Part shown: in pieces, positions 17,899-26,814 of the stretch
How positions within the stretch are numbered: position 1 is the stretch's first letter
How the letters are laid out: each line of letters starts with the position of its first letter
Assembly: GCA_947630175.1 (NCBI GenBank)
Contig: CANRGJ010000013.1
Location: 7,090-71,089, forward strand
Direction of reading: 5' to 3'
Source of the DNA: an uncultured Ruminiclostridium sp.
GTDB taxonomy: Bacteria > Bacillota > Clostridia > Oscillospirales > Ruminococcaceae
Length of the DNA stretch: 64,000 bases
Translations under genes and position numbers: made by a program
Notes under the pieces: generated by a model
What the model saw: only the letters and a program-made list of their open reading frames with translations
Databases searched by the model: none
What the model was told of the DNA's origin: nothing

Positions 17899-18219
17899 TA
17901 TTTTTGCAATTATCTCCGCCAGCTTTTTGAGTCGGTCTTTTTCTTCACTGCTCATAGACTCCAGCAGCTCCAGCAGCTCTCTCTGCTCCGCTGTTGCTCC
18001 GCCTGCAAAGCCGCTTTTGCTGTTGGTTCGCCCTGCGATATAGTCAAGGCTCACGCCGTAAAATTCCGCCAGCATTATCGCCCGTTCAAATGGTATCTCC
18101 GCCCGCCCCATTTCGTATTTTCCGTAATGCTGTGAGGAGGTCCCCAGATATTCCGCCAGCTCCTGCTGAGTTTTGTCGCTGTCCTCCCGCAGGTCCTTTA
18201 TCCTGCCATATTTCGCCAT
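17896..18219 (-). CDS. XRE-family HTH transcriptional regulator
   Basis: RIKDLREDSDKTQQELAEYLGTSSQHYGKYEMG...VSLDYI. Confidence 0.9.
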   Translation of the reverse strand: MAKYGRIKDLREDSDKTQQELAEYLGTSSQHYGKYEMGRAEIPFERAIMLAEFYGVSLDYIAGRTNSKSGFAGGATAEQRELLELLESMSSEEKDRLKKLAEIIAKI

Positions 18220-18356
18220 TTCAAATATATCTCCAGCCTGTTGTGATTTTTCTTTGTATTATTGTATCACATCAGGCAATTTTTTATTGACATTTGTGTT
18301 ATATTAGGTTATAATATTGTAAAAAGGTGTCTGATTAGACATAAACAGGAGGAAAA

Positions 18357-19601
18357 ATGAAGAAAATAATTGCAATAATCGTAAGTATTTGTATTTTTGC
18401 TGTATTGCCAGCGTCTTGCGCACATCAAAAAAGCGATGAAGAGTTGATTAAGGAACGAGTTGAAAGTTTTCTGACAGCTTATAATAACGGCGACCTTGAA
18501 GCTGTGCTTAGCTGTATGGATACCAAGTCTAAAAATGAGTTTTCCGCCTTAATGAACATTGGAGATGCCTTGATTGGCGGGTTAAGCGGTTTTGATATAA
18601 GTGTTTCAAATATTTTTTCGCTGGCAATAGGAGTACAAATGGGGGACGTTTTGACATTATCAGACATATCCGTCGATATTCAAAACGAAAAAAAGGCGAC
18701 TGTCAATGCGGTAATGGGTTATGACGACACAATGACAGCTTATTCTGGACAGGTACAGTTCGTCATGGTAAAAGAAAACGATGATTGGTTTATAAATGAT
18801 TTGAAGCCAGTCAGAAATTCGGTAACTGAGGATATTTCTTCAGGTTCTGAAACAGAAGGGCAGGTTACAGAAGAATTGCAGAACATTGATCCTTTTGAGG
18901 GTTTACAGGTGCAATTTGACGGAATTTCGCCATATGTTACCGTATCTTTCAACACCTTGGACTGTGAAGATATAGTAAGTGAAAATGTAACATTTGAATT
19001 AGACAAAGAAATGTTTAAGGAGGGCGAAACTTTCACAGTCACCGCTTCATTTGATAAGAAAGAGCTTGAAGAAAAAGGGTATAGTATCAGCAATGTCAGC
19101 AAGGAATATACCGTAGAAAATGTACCGAAATATATTACGTCGGCAGACAATGCAGACTTTACCGAGCTTAATAAAAATATGTATGATTATGTTGAAGCTA
19201 ATGCAAATGGTTCAGTTGGTGAATCGAGTATTTTTGACGTTTATGCGAATGAAATTAATCACATACTTTATGCAGTTAATAAAATAGATGATATAGAGTA
19301 TGTCGGGAGCTGTTTTATGAGCTTGAAAAACAGCAATGATATAGCAATAAACGATAATACATATAACAAATACTATAGAATATATTCTATAGATTTTACA
19401 GCAGTTGATGAAAGAAAAATTTATGTTGCAGTAGGCATAAATAATATTTCGATAAATACGGACGGAAAAATATGTTATAATATTGGTCAGGAATTCAGCC
19501 CAAGTATGCTTTATTATAAAGCCGAAATAACAGAAGAAGAGCTTAATTCAAAACACATAGTTTCCGAAAAAGGAAGTTACAACGTTACCGAAATAGACTA
19601 A
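18357..19601 (+). CDS. AT-rich lipoprotein with NTF2-like N-terminal domain
   Basis: Lipobox LPASC; GGAGG RBS; FLTAYNNGD...FVMVKENDDWFI pattern. Confidence 0.7.
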   Translation: MKKIIAIIVSICIFAVLPASCAHQKSDEELIKERVESFLTAYNNGDLEAVLSCMDTKSKNEFSALMNIGDALIGGLSGFDISVSNIFSLAIGVQMGDVLTLSDISVDIQNEKKATVNAVMGYDDTMTAYSGQVQFVMVKENDDWFINDLKPVRNSVTEDISSGSETEGQVTEELQNIDPFEGLQVQFDGISPYVTVSFNTLDCEDIVSENVTFELDKEMFKEGETFTVTASFDKKELEEKGYSISNVSKEYTVENVPKYITSADNADFTELNKNMYDYVEANANGSVGESSIFDVYANEINHILYAVNKIDDIEYVGSCFMSLKNSNDIAINDNTYNKYYRIYSIDFTAVDERKIYVAVGINNISINTDGKICYNIGQEFSPSMLYYKAEITEEELNSKHIVSEKGSYNVTEID

Positions 19602-19662
19602 ACAAAAAACAACAGGCTTATTGAGTAAGCCTGCTGTTTTTATAAACTTTTAAATTACTGTC

Positions 19663-20526
19663 TTACGCCTTCCCCACAGACCCGAACAGCTCCATCTTCT
19701 GCTTAACGGTAGCCTTGATAGCCTCTGCGCCGGGAGCGAGCAGCTTTCTGGGGTCAAAGCCCTTGCCCTCAAGGTCCTTGCCTGCCTCGATGTACTTTCT
19801 TGTAGCTTCCTGGAAAGCAAGCTGACATTCGGTGTTTACGTTTATCTTTGCAACGCCGAGAGAGATAGCCTTCTTTATCATATCCTCAGGGATACCCGTG
19901 CCGCCGTGGAGAACCAGGGGCATATCCCCTACCTTTTCCTTGACTGCGGCAAGCGTTTCAAAGCTGAGACCCTGCCAGTTGTCGGGGTACTTGCCGTGAA
20001 TGTTGCCGATACCTGCCGCCAGCATTGTAACGCCCAGATCGGCTATCTGCTTGCATTCGTCGGGATCAGCACATTCGCCCATTCCCACAACGCCGTCCTC
20101 TTCGCCGCCGATAGCGCCTACTTCAGCCTCAAGGGAAAGCCCCTTTTCCTTGCATATCTCAACCAGCTTGGTGGTCTTTTCGATATTCTCAGCGATGGGA
20201 TAGTGAGAGCCGTCGAACATTACGGAAGAAAATCCCGCTTCGATGCACTTGAGAGCGCCCTCGTATGAACCGTGGTCAAGGTGGAGAGCAACGGGAACTG
20301 TGATGTTCAGCTCCTCCAGCATACCGTTTACCATTCCTACGACCGTCTTGTAACCGCACATATACTTTCCTGCGCCCTCGGAAACGCCGAGGATAACAGG
20401 GGACTTCAGCTCCTCAGCGGTGAGCAGGATAGACTTGGTCCACTCTAAGTTGTTGATGTTGAACTGACCTACCGCGTACTTGCCGTCACGGGCTTTTGTC
20501 AACATTTCCTTTGCAGATACTAACAT
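19663..20526 (-). CDS. fba: Class II fructose-1,6-bisphosphate aldolase
   Basis: MLVSAKEML, HLDHG, SSVMFDGSH, GIGNIHG, VLHGGTG, KINVNT; ATG at 20526. Confidence 0.96.
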   Translation of the reverse strand: MLVSAKEMLTKARDGKYAVGQFNINNLEWTKSILLTAEELKSPVILGVSEGAGKYMCGYKTVVGMVNGMLEELNITVPVALHLDHGSYEGALKCIEAGFSSVMFDGSHYPIAENIEKTTKLVEICKEKGLSLEAEVGAIGGEEDGVVGMGECADPDECKQIADLGVTMLAAGIGNIHGKYPDNWQGLSFETLAAVKEKVGDMPLVLHGGTGIPEDMIKKAISLGVAKINVNTECQLAFQEATRKYIEAGKDLEGKGFDPRKLLAPGAEAIKATVKQKMELFGSVGKA

Positions 20527-20679
20527 ATTTATTTTCCTTTCCGCGGCAACGCCGCCTAAAAATTTCCTGTTATTATTGTAACACAAATCGTATAAAAAGG
20601 CAACAGTATTTTTTGACTTCGGGCAAATCCCGTGTTATAATAGTTATAATAAATATACTCAAAAACAAAGGAGCCGCCT

Positions 20680-21726
20680 ATGTACAGCTTTGACAAACAA
20701 ATTGATTTTTTGCTGAAAAACGCCTGCCCGAGCATTCGCTATCTTGTGAAACGTGATATGCTGAAAATTCCCGTAAATGAGCCTGAAATGAGTAAGCTGC
20801 AAGAGGAGATACTCCTGCAAAGCAACGCACGGAAAATACTGTCACATCAGCATGAGGACGGCTGGCTCGGGGAGGGCATACACGGAATAGAAAGTATGGA
20901 CTGCCACATAGGTGGGCTTCTGGGGCTTGGAGTTGAGCCTGACTCTCTCTGTATACACAAAGCGATAAAGGCGCTTACCGACCCTCAAATAAACAAAAAT
21001 CACCGTATGATTTTTCTTGGCGGCGAGGCTTTGGACGCTGGAGGACGTGGCGGAAATCACGCCATAATCGCCCAAATACTTTCGTGGGTGGGATTTTCTG
21101 AGGACTACCCCATAATGGCGGAGCAGATAGAGTTTGCGCAGAAAAATTTGTTTGCGGTTTTTGATTATTCCTCACCCGACGACTTTTCGGTGAAGATGAA
21201 AAACTACCGCTGTTACAAGCCAAACGCCCTTTTCCCCGGAGACAATCACATACGTCTGCTGAACGCAACAAAAAGATGGAGAACCTCTGATAAGGAAAAG
21301 AAAGCGAGGGACGCTGTAAAGCACTGCTATGAAATGATGAAGGACTTTAGCGAGTATATCACCTTCCGCAAGCCGAAGGAATACGGAAACGGTGTGGTTG
21401 GACCCTTTAACTTTAACTGGCAGGCGCTTAACCCTTTCAGCAAGGAGGATATAAGGGGAATTATGGAAAGCTCCTATAATTATCAGTTTGCTTTCTGGCT
21501 CAGGGGCATTAACCTGCCTGAGTGGATAAGGCAAAGCACCGATACATACGAAGTGCTGGCGCAGATGATTACAGAGGACGAGTATATGGAGATGATACCA
21601 AAACCCGCGCTGAAAGCAATGCGGGCGGTTTCGGGCAGAGAGCCGTGCTGGAGAAACAAAAACTCGGTGAAGTGCGATGTGATGTTTGAGATGTTAAACG
21701 CCTGCTATTCAGTGCTGAACGACTAA
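20680..21726 (+). CDS. Hypothetical protein, possibly prenyltransferase/terpene-cyclase-like alpha-helical fold
   Basis: AAGGAG RBS, 348 aa; QHEDGWLG resembles a QW repeat. Function not assignable. Confidence 0.55.
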   Translation: MYSFDKQIDFLLKNACPSIRYLVKRDMLKIPVNEPEMSKLQEEILLQSNARKILSHQHEDGWLGEGIHGIESMDCHIGGLLGLGVEPDSLCIHKAIKALTDPQINKNHRMIFLGGEALDAGGRGGNHAIIAQILSWVGFSEDYPIMAEQIEFAQKNLFAVFDYSSPDDFSVKMKNYRCYKPNALFPGDNHIRLLNATKRWRTSDKEKKARDAVKHCYEMMKDFSEYITFRKPKEYGNGVVGPFNFNWQALNPFSKEDIRGIMESSYNYQFAFWLRGINLPEWIRQSTDTYEVLAQMITEDEYMEMIPKPALKAMRAVSGREPCWRNKNSVKCDVMFEMLNACYSVLND

Positions 21727-21944
21727 AAAAAGGACGGGTAAAGCCGCACTGCCACAGGAAAACACAGCCGCAGACTTTACCGCAAAAACGGAATCTACTT
21801 CGTCAACGCTCCTTGCAATCCGTCAGGATTGCTGCGGAGCGTTTCCTTGTATCTGCCGCTTTTGCGCAAGTCTGCGGCGCTTTGCGGTTTTCTGCGAAAA
21901 CCTGTGTTTTCCTATGTCAGTGCGGCTAAAGCCGTCCTTTTTTT
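21725..21944. repeat. ~220-bp long imperfect palindrome (REP/MITE-like) between convergent genes
   Basis: AAAAAAGGACGGGTAAAGCCGCACTGCCACAGGAAAACACAG pairs with CTGTGTTTTCCTATGTCAGTGCGGCTAAAGCCGTCCTTTTTT; inner CGCTCC..GCAATCC/GGATTGC..GGAGCG stem. Confidence 0.75.
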
Positions 21945-21963
21945 GCTGTCTTAAAATAAATCC

Positions 21964-22998
21964 TTACCCGTAAATAAACGCCGAGTTAAGATACCCCACC
22001 AGACCGTTATAGGCGGCTTTTGTCCAGGTAATGCCGTCCTTGTCAGCCTTTTGGTTCAGTATCACCAGCGAAACGCCTGCGGGGAGCGTTGTGAGCAGCT
22101 TGCCGTTTATGCCTGCTGTTTCTCTCAGGTTCACCACGGCGGCGGTCTTTTTTATCTTGCCGTCGGTCTTTTTGAACACGCTGCCCTTGTCCACCCAGCC
22201 GTACACGTCGGAGCTTTCTCCTATCAGATGATAGGGGTGAAGTGCGTCCTTTGAAATATTCGTTATCTTTGCGATACCCGCTTTTCTGGGAAGTCCCGTG
22301 GGCTCCGTGGAGGAGGAAGCGCCGTAGTGCCAGCCGCCGCTGAACAGCACGCTCTCTCCCTTTTCAAAATCGGTCTTGTCCCCCTCGGACGGCTCTTCAG
22401 CGTCTATCAGGGCGGGATAATCCACAAAGCAAAGGTCGCTGTCCAGCTTGCCGTTCGAGCCTGCGCTGGATTCAGCGCCCCACTGCCACATCTTCTGACC
22501 GTAGCTGTACTTGGTGTACTTTTCAGGATCGTACGTCCAGTGCGCCAGCCAAAGGTCAAAGCTGTCCAGTATCTTTTTCTTGTCCAGCTTTGTTTCCAGC
22601 CACGATGGATTGGAATACAGCCCCGCACGGTAGCCCGCCGATTTTACCGTTTCAAGGAACGTGAGGGCTATCTCGGTGAGCTTTTCACGGCTCAGCTCCC
22701 ACAAGGTGCTGTCCTCCATATCGTAGTAAACGGGGTAGGTCAGCTTGTAGGGCTGGAGCAGCTTCACGGCGTATTCCGCCTCTTTCCTCGCCTCCTCAGT
22801 GGTCTTTGACATACAGTAGCAGTAAGCGCCCACGTTAAGTCCCGCCGCAAGAGCGTTTTCCATATGGCTTTTGAACATATCGTCGGTCTTCTGGCGGTAG
22901 CCTGTACGAATAATGACGTAGCTTATCCCCGACTCTTTCAACTTCCTGAAATCTATCCCTTTATTGGCATAGGAAATATCTATACCTCTGAAAGTCAT
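21964..22998 (-). CDS. GH25 lysozyme/muramidase with C-terminal SH3b-like wall-binding domain
   Basis: GIDISY, IIRTGY, GAYCY, VYYDME, WLAHW, WQW, LDSD; C-terminal VNLRETAG...TWTKAAYNGLVGYL. Confidence 0.9.
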   Translation of the reverse strand: MTFRGIDISYANKGIDFRKLKESGISYVIIRTGYRQKTDDMFKSHMENALAAGLNVGAYCYCMSKTTEEARKEAEYAVKLLQPYKLTYPVYYDMEDSTLWELSREKLTEIALTFLETVKSAGYRAGLYSNPSWLETKLDKKKILDSFDLWLAHWTYDPEKYTKYSYGQKMWQWGAESSAGSNGKLDSDLCFVDYPALIDAEEPSEGDKTDFEKGESVLFSGGWHYGASSSTEPTGLPRKAGIAKITNISKDALHPYHLIGESSDVYGWVDKGSVFKKTDGKIKKTAAVVNLRETAGINGKLLTTLPAGVSLVILNQKADKDGITWTKAAYNGLVGYLNSAFIYG

Positions 22999-23033
22999 GA
23001 CAGATGATCTCCTTTCCTTACGGGAAAAGCATT

Positions 23034-23429
23034 TCAGTGCTTCTCCTTATTTTTTATCTGCGCAAGTGCGTCCTTTAGCTTCTGCGGCACGGGCAGTCCC
23101 ATTTCCGTCGAATTTTCGGTTATGCTCAGCGCCTCGTTGGCGATAAAGGCGAAGATGACGGCTGTCCTGAGCGCAGAGCCTCCGATCACCTGTGTATCTA
23201 TTATATTCGCCACCGCCACAAGTGTGAAAAGCATAACCTTTTTGCAGATACCCTTAAATCCCACCTCGCTGGACATTGTTCCATTCACCGCCGCCGCCAG
23301 CATACCGGTGATGTAATCCAGCAGAGCAATAGCTATCAGCGCGGTCAGCAGTCCGTTCAGCTCCCCGAACAAAAAGCTGAACAGCGCTCCCACAGACGCG
23401 CAGATACAGTTGAACGTAACGGATTTCAT
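23034..23429 (-). CDS. Phage holin family 4 (toxin secretion/phage lysis holin)
   Basis: LDYITG, SSEVGFKGICKK, ANEALSITEN, GLPVPQKLKDAL. Confidence 0.92.
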   Translation of the reverse strand: MKSVTFNCICASVGALFSFLFGELNGLLTALIAIALLDYITGMLAAAVNGTMSSEVGFKGICKKVMLFTLVAVANIIDTQVIGGSALRTAVIFAFIANEALSITENSTEMGLPVPQKLKDALAQIKNKEKH

Positions 23430-23568
23430 TTTATCCCCTTTCTCCTTGCCTCAAGGTAATTATAATTCAAAGGGGCAGTGCAATACAATGAAAAGTTTAT
23501 GCAGATCGGCAAAGCGGGGTGGGAGCAGTTCAGGTGTTTGAGCAAAGCGGCGGAGAGTGTTGTGGGCG

Positions 23569-23726
23569 AAAGGGAAGATGTGCGCGTCAGGGGCGGCGAA
23601 GCCGCAGTCAATGCGCCCCAGGCGCATTGACTCGCTGATTTTGCTCCGCAAAATCAGCGCTTTGCTTCGGGCTCCGCCCGAAGCAAAGGCGGCTTCGCCG
23701 CCCCCCGACCCGCACATCTTCCCTTT
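23569..23726. repeat. Cloverleaf-like palindromic element (outer stem + three inner hairpins)
   Basis: AAAGGGAAGATGTGCG..GGGGCGGCGAAGCCGC pairs with GCGGCTTCGCCGCCCC..CGCACATCTTCCCTTT; inner AGTCAATGCGCC/GGCGCATTGACT, CGCTGATTTTGC/GCAAAATCAGCG, CTTTGCTTCGGG/CCCGAAGCAAAG. Confidence 0.8.
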
Positions 23727-23794
23727 AAAGCACCACCCCTCCAATGAATCCCCGCACCCCCTCAAATATCACAAAATCGTAAGATTTTACCGTA

Positions 23795-23823
23795 TTGAAA
23801 ATTCCCCCGTCATATGCTATACT
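23795..23823 (+). promoter_or_regulatory. SigA-type promoter of vanRS
   Basis: TTGAAA-17-TATACT with TG extension. Confidence 0.6.
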
Positions 23824-23852
23824 GAAAACAAACATACTGGGGGAGCATATCT

Positions 23853-24533
23853 ATGAATATCCTGATAGCCGACGATGAAAAAGAGATAGCCGACCTTGCG
23901 GAGCTGTACCTGCAAGGCGAGGGATATAATATTTTCAAATTCTACAATGGGCTGGACGCTCTGGAATGCATACAGCACGAGGAAATAAGCCTTGCCGTTC
24001 TGGACGTTATGATGCCCGGAATGGACGGCTTCGAGCTTTGCCGCAGGATAAGGGAAAGCTACGTCTTCCCCGTGATAATGCTCACCGCAAGGGTGGAGGA
24101 TATGGACAAGATAAAAGGTCTCACCCTCGGCGCAGACGATTACATCACCAAGCCCTTCAATCCTCTTGAGCTTGCGGCAAGGGTCAAGACCCAGCTGCGC
24201 CGCTACACCCGCTACGACAGAGTGGGAGCAAACGGCGAGGAAATCGACATACGGGGGCTTCACATCTCAAAGACCAACCACAAGTGCAGTCTTAACGGCA
24301 AAGAGGTCCAATTAACCCCCATAGAGTTCAGCATTCTGTGGTATCTCAGCTCACGTCAGGGGCAGGTGGTGTCCTCCGAGGAGCTGTTCGAGGCTGTCTG
24401 GGGCGAAAAGTACCTTGACAGCAACAACACCGTTATGGCGCATATAGCAAGACTGCGTGAAAAGCTGGGCGAGCCCGCCCGCAAGCCCAGGTTCATCAAA
24501 ACAGTGTGGGGAGTGGGATATACCGTTGAATAA
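23853..24533 (+). CDS. vanR: OmpR-family response regulator, VanR-like
   Basis: LDVMMPGMDG, GADDYITKPFNPLEL, NNTVMAHIARLREK, IKTVWGVGY; van cluster context. Confidence 0.85.
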   Translation: MNILIADDEKEIADLAELYLQGEGYNIFKFYNGLDALECIQHEEISLAVLDVMMPGMDGFELCRRIRESYVFPVIMLTARVEDMDKIKGLTLGADDYITKPFNPLELAARVKTQLRRYTRYDRVGANGEEIDIRGLHISKTNHKCSLNGKEVQLTPIEFSILWYLSSRQGQVVSSEELFEAVWGEKYLDSNNTVMAHIARLREKLGEPARKPRFIKTVWGVGYTVE

Positions 24534-25881
24534 AATTTCCGAATGTGTAAAAAGCCGTGATTTCTGGAAAAAGTTTCTTAAAGGTATGTGCATATATACC
24601 GTCGTATTTGTGGCGGTCATCGTGGTGGGACTTGCCGTCTGCCAGGAGATAGTTTGGTACAAAGGCGATTTGTTCTACGACTTTTTCTCACTGATAAGGG
24701 GCATTCTTCTCCTCGTTTTGATAGGAGTATGGCTGGTGGGAGCAGGTATCCTCTTCCTTGTTATGGCGCTGTATAAGGGCAAAAACAAAACGGTGAGCCA
24801 CATTGTACAGCGTTTCAGACAGCGTACTCTGTCCAATTACTTTATAACGCTTGTGCTGTACACGGCAGGACTTATATCTTTAGTCATAGTGTCCAGAGTT
24901 GTCATTGTGGGGATAAACTGGAACACATACAGCCTGCTATACCGTTTGTTTTTATTTGCGGAAAGACATATTGAAGGAATTTTCCTTATTGCGTGGCTGT
25001 TGGGATTTATTATAATTTCTGTCCGCCTTGTTTACCGCCTTACAGGTTATCTTGGCAAGACTGCGGAGGCGACCAAGGGGCTCCTTTCCGACCCTGCAAA
25101 GCCCGTTACCCTCCCCGACGGGATAAAGGGACTTCAGGACGACATAAACGGCGTGAGAGAGCGTTTTCTTGAAAGCGCCCGCCTTGCCAAGGAGGCGGAG
25201 CAAAGGAAAAACGACCTTATAGTTTACCTCGCCCACGACCTTAAGACACCGCTTACCAGCGTTATCGGCTATTTAACGCTGTTAAAAGACGAGCCTGACA
25301 TTTCCCCCGCAACAAGGGCAAAGTACACAGGCATAGCCTTAGACAAGGCTATGCGCCTTGAGGAGCTGATAAACGAGTTCTTTGACGTCACCCGCTTCAA
25401 CCTCACCGCAATGACCCTGCAAAAGGAGAGGATAAGCCTTTCCCGTATGCTGGAGCAGCTCGTGGACGAATTTACCCCGGTGTTGGCTCAGCAGTCCCTT
25501 TCCTGGGACGCAGATATAGAAAGCGATATCCAGCTTTTCTGCGACCCTGACAAGCTGGAGCGCGTGTTTGACAACCTGATAAGAAACGCGGCAAATTACA
25601 GCTACAAGAACACGAAAATTTCCCTTACCTTGAAAAATGACCAGAACAAAGCCGTGATAACGGTGAAAAATCACGGTCAGACGATACCGCCCGAAAAGCT
25701 GGAAAAGATATTTCAGCAGTTTTTCCGCATAGACTCCGCCAGAAGCACCTCGACAGGCGGCGCAGGGCTGGGACTTGCCATAGCAAAGGAGATAGTCGAC
25801 CTTCACGGCGGGAAGATATTTGCCGAAAGCGTAAACGAGAGCATTTTCTTTACCGTTATCCTGCCGCTGGAAATAATGTAA
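24526..25881 (+). CDS. vanS: Sensor histidine kinase, VanS-like, with enlarged (4-TM) N-terminus
   Basis: YLAHDLKTPLTS H-box, RVFDNLIRNA, FFRIDSARSTSTGGAGLGLAI; TTG at 24526 overlaps vanR end. Confidence 0.85.
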   Translation: MNKISECVKSRDFWKKFLKGMCIYTVVFVAVIVVGLAVCQEIVWYKGDLFYDFFSLIRGILLLVLIGVWLVGAGILFLVMALYKGKNKTVSHIVQRFRQRTLSNYFITLVLYTAGLISLVIVSRVVIVGINWNTYSLLYRLFLFAERHIEGIFLIAWLLGFIIISVRLVYRLTGYLGKTAEATKGLLSDPAKPVTLPDGIKGLQDDINGVRERFLESARLAKEAEQRKNDLIVYLAHDLKTPLTSVIGYLTLLKDEPDISPATRAKYTGIALDKAMRLEELINEFFDVTRFNLTAMTLQKERISLSRMLEQLVDEFTPVLAQQSLSWDADIESDIQLFCDPDKLERVFDNLIRNAANYSYKNTKISLTLKNDQNKAVITVKNHGQTIPPEKLEKIFQQFFRIDSARSTSTGGAGLGLAIAKEIVDLHGGKIFAESVNESIFFTVILPLEIM

Positions 25882-26007
25882 GAAAATCTTAATAATTCCC
25901 ACAGAAAAAAATAAGTTATTTTTTGGAAAAAACAAATAAAAAACCGACTTCGTTCAGCTAAAATTAAAAGCTGAACGAAGTTTTTCTTTTTGAAAGGAAT
26001 TTTTAAG

Positions 26008-26814
26008 ATGCAACGAAAACGACTGACCCAGCTTTTCCCCTTTCTTATCCCACTGAGAACAAAACAGCGGAAATTCTGTTATTTTCTGAAAATGCGGTTT
26101 GACAAAAACACATATTGCTCCGTAAAAAGCGGCTGTCCTCTGCCCTTTTCGGTATGCTCCCATCAAAGCTGTATTTATAATCATGACACAGGCTTTGATA
26201 TGATATACCAGGAGAACAAGGCGCACAATCTGCGCCTTGGGGCGGCGGCTCTGGATGGACTGCTTATCCGTCCCGGAGAAACCTTTTCCTACTCCCTCGC
26301 CGTCAAAGACGCAGACAAAAAGACCCCCTACAAGGACGGGCTTATTATGCGGGACGGAAAGCTCACCGCCGATTACGGCGGGGGAATGTGCCAGCTTGCC
26401 GACCTGCTGTTCTCGCTTTTTCTCGACTCGCCGCTGACTATCACCGAGCGCCACGGGCATAAGATAAAGGATTTTCCCGACCCTGACGGTGACTGCGTTT
26501 TAAAAGGCGGCGACGCCACCGTTTTTGAGGGTTGGCTGGATTTAAAAGTGCGAAACGACACAAATATGACCTTTCAGCTCACCTTTTCATTTCCCGACAA
26601 TGATATAAAAGGAACGCTTTTGTCCAATGAAAAGGACAAATATTTCTACAAAGCGGCAAACGGCAATGTGACGTTAAAGCAGGAGCAGGACGGACTTTAC
26701 GAGGAAGCTCAGGTAATCCGTGAAAAATATCTTGAAAACGTCCTTGAAAGCACTCAGCTTCTGTACGTCAACCGCTGTAAGATAAATTATGAGATAAAGG
26801 AAAGGACGGCGTGA
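26008..26814 (+). CDS. vanW: VanW family protein
   Basis: QENKAHNL, IRPGETFS, YGGGMCQLA, LTITERHGH, GWLDLKVRN; ATG 26008 after GAAAGGA. Confidence 0.88.
   Translation: MQRKRLTQLFPFLIPLRTKQRKFCYFLKMRFDKNTYCSVKSGCPLPFSVCSHQSCIYNHDTGFDMIYQENKAHNLRLGAAALDGLLIRPGETFSYSLAVKDADKKTPYKDGLIMRDGKLTADYGGGMCQLADLLFSLFLDSPLTITERHGHKIKDFPDPDGDCVLKGGDATVFEGWLDLKVRNDTNMTFQLTFSFPDNDIKGTLLSNEKDKYFYKAANGNVTLKQEQDGLYEEAQVIREKYLENVLESTQLLYVNRCKINYEIKERTA

Noticed and set aside
21964-23429. Intact prophage
   Set aside because: Only holin and lysin; no capsid, tail, terminase or integrase nearby.
23460-23856. 99-101-aa ORFs between holin and vanR
   Set aside because: Arise from the GC-rich palindromic element on both strands; no RBS.
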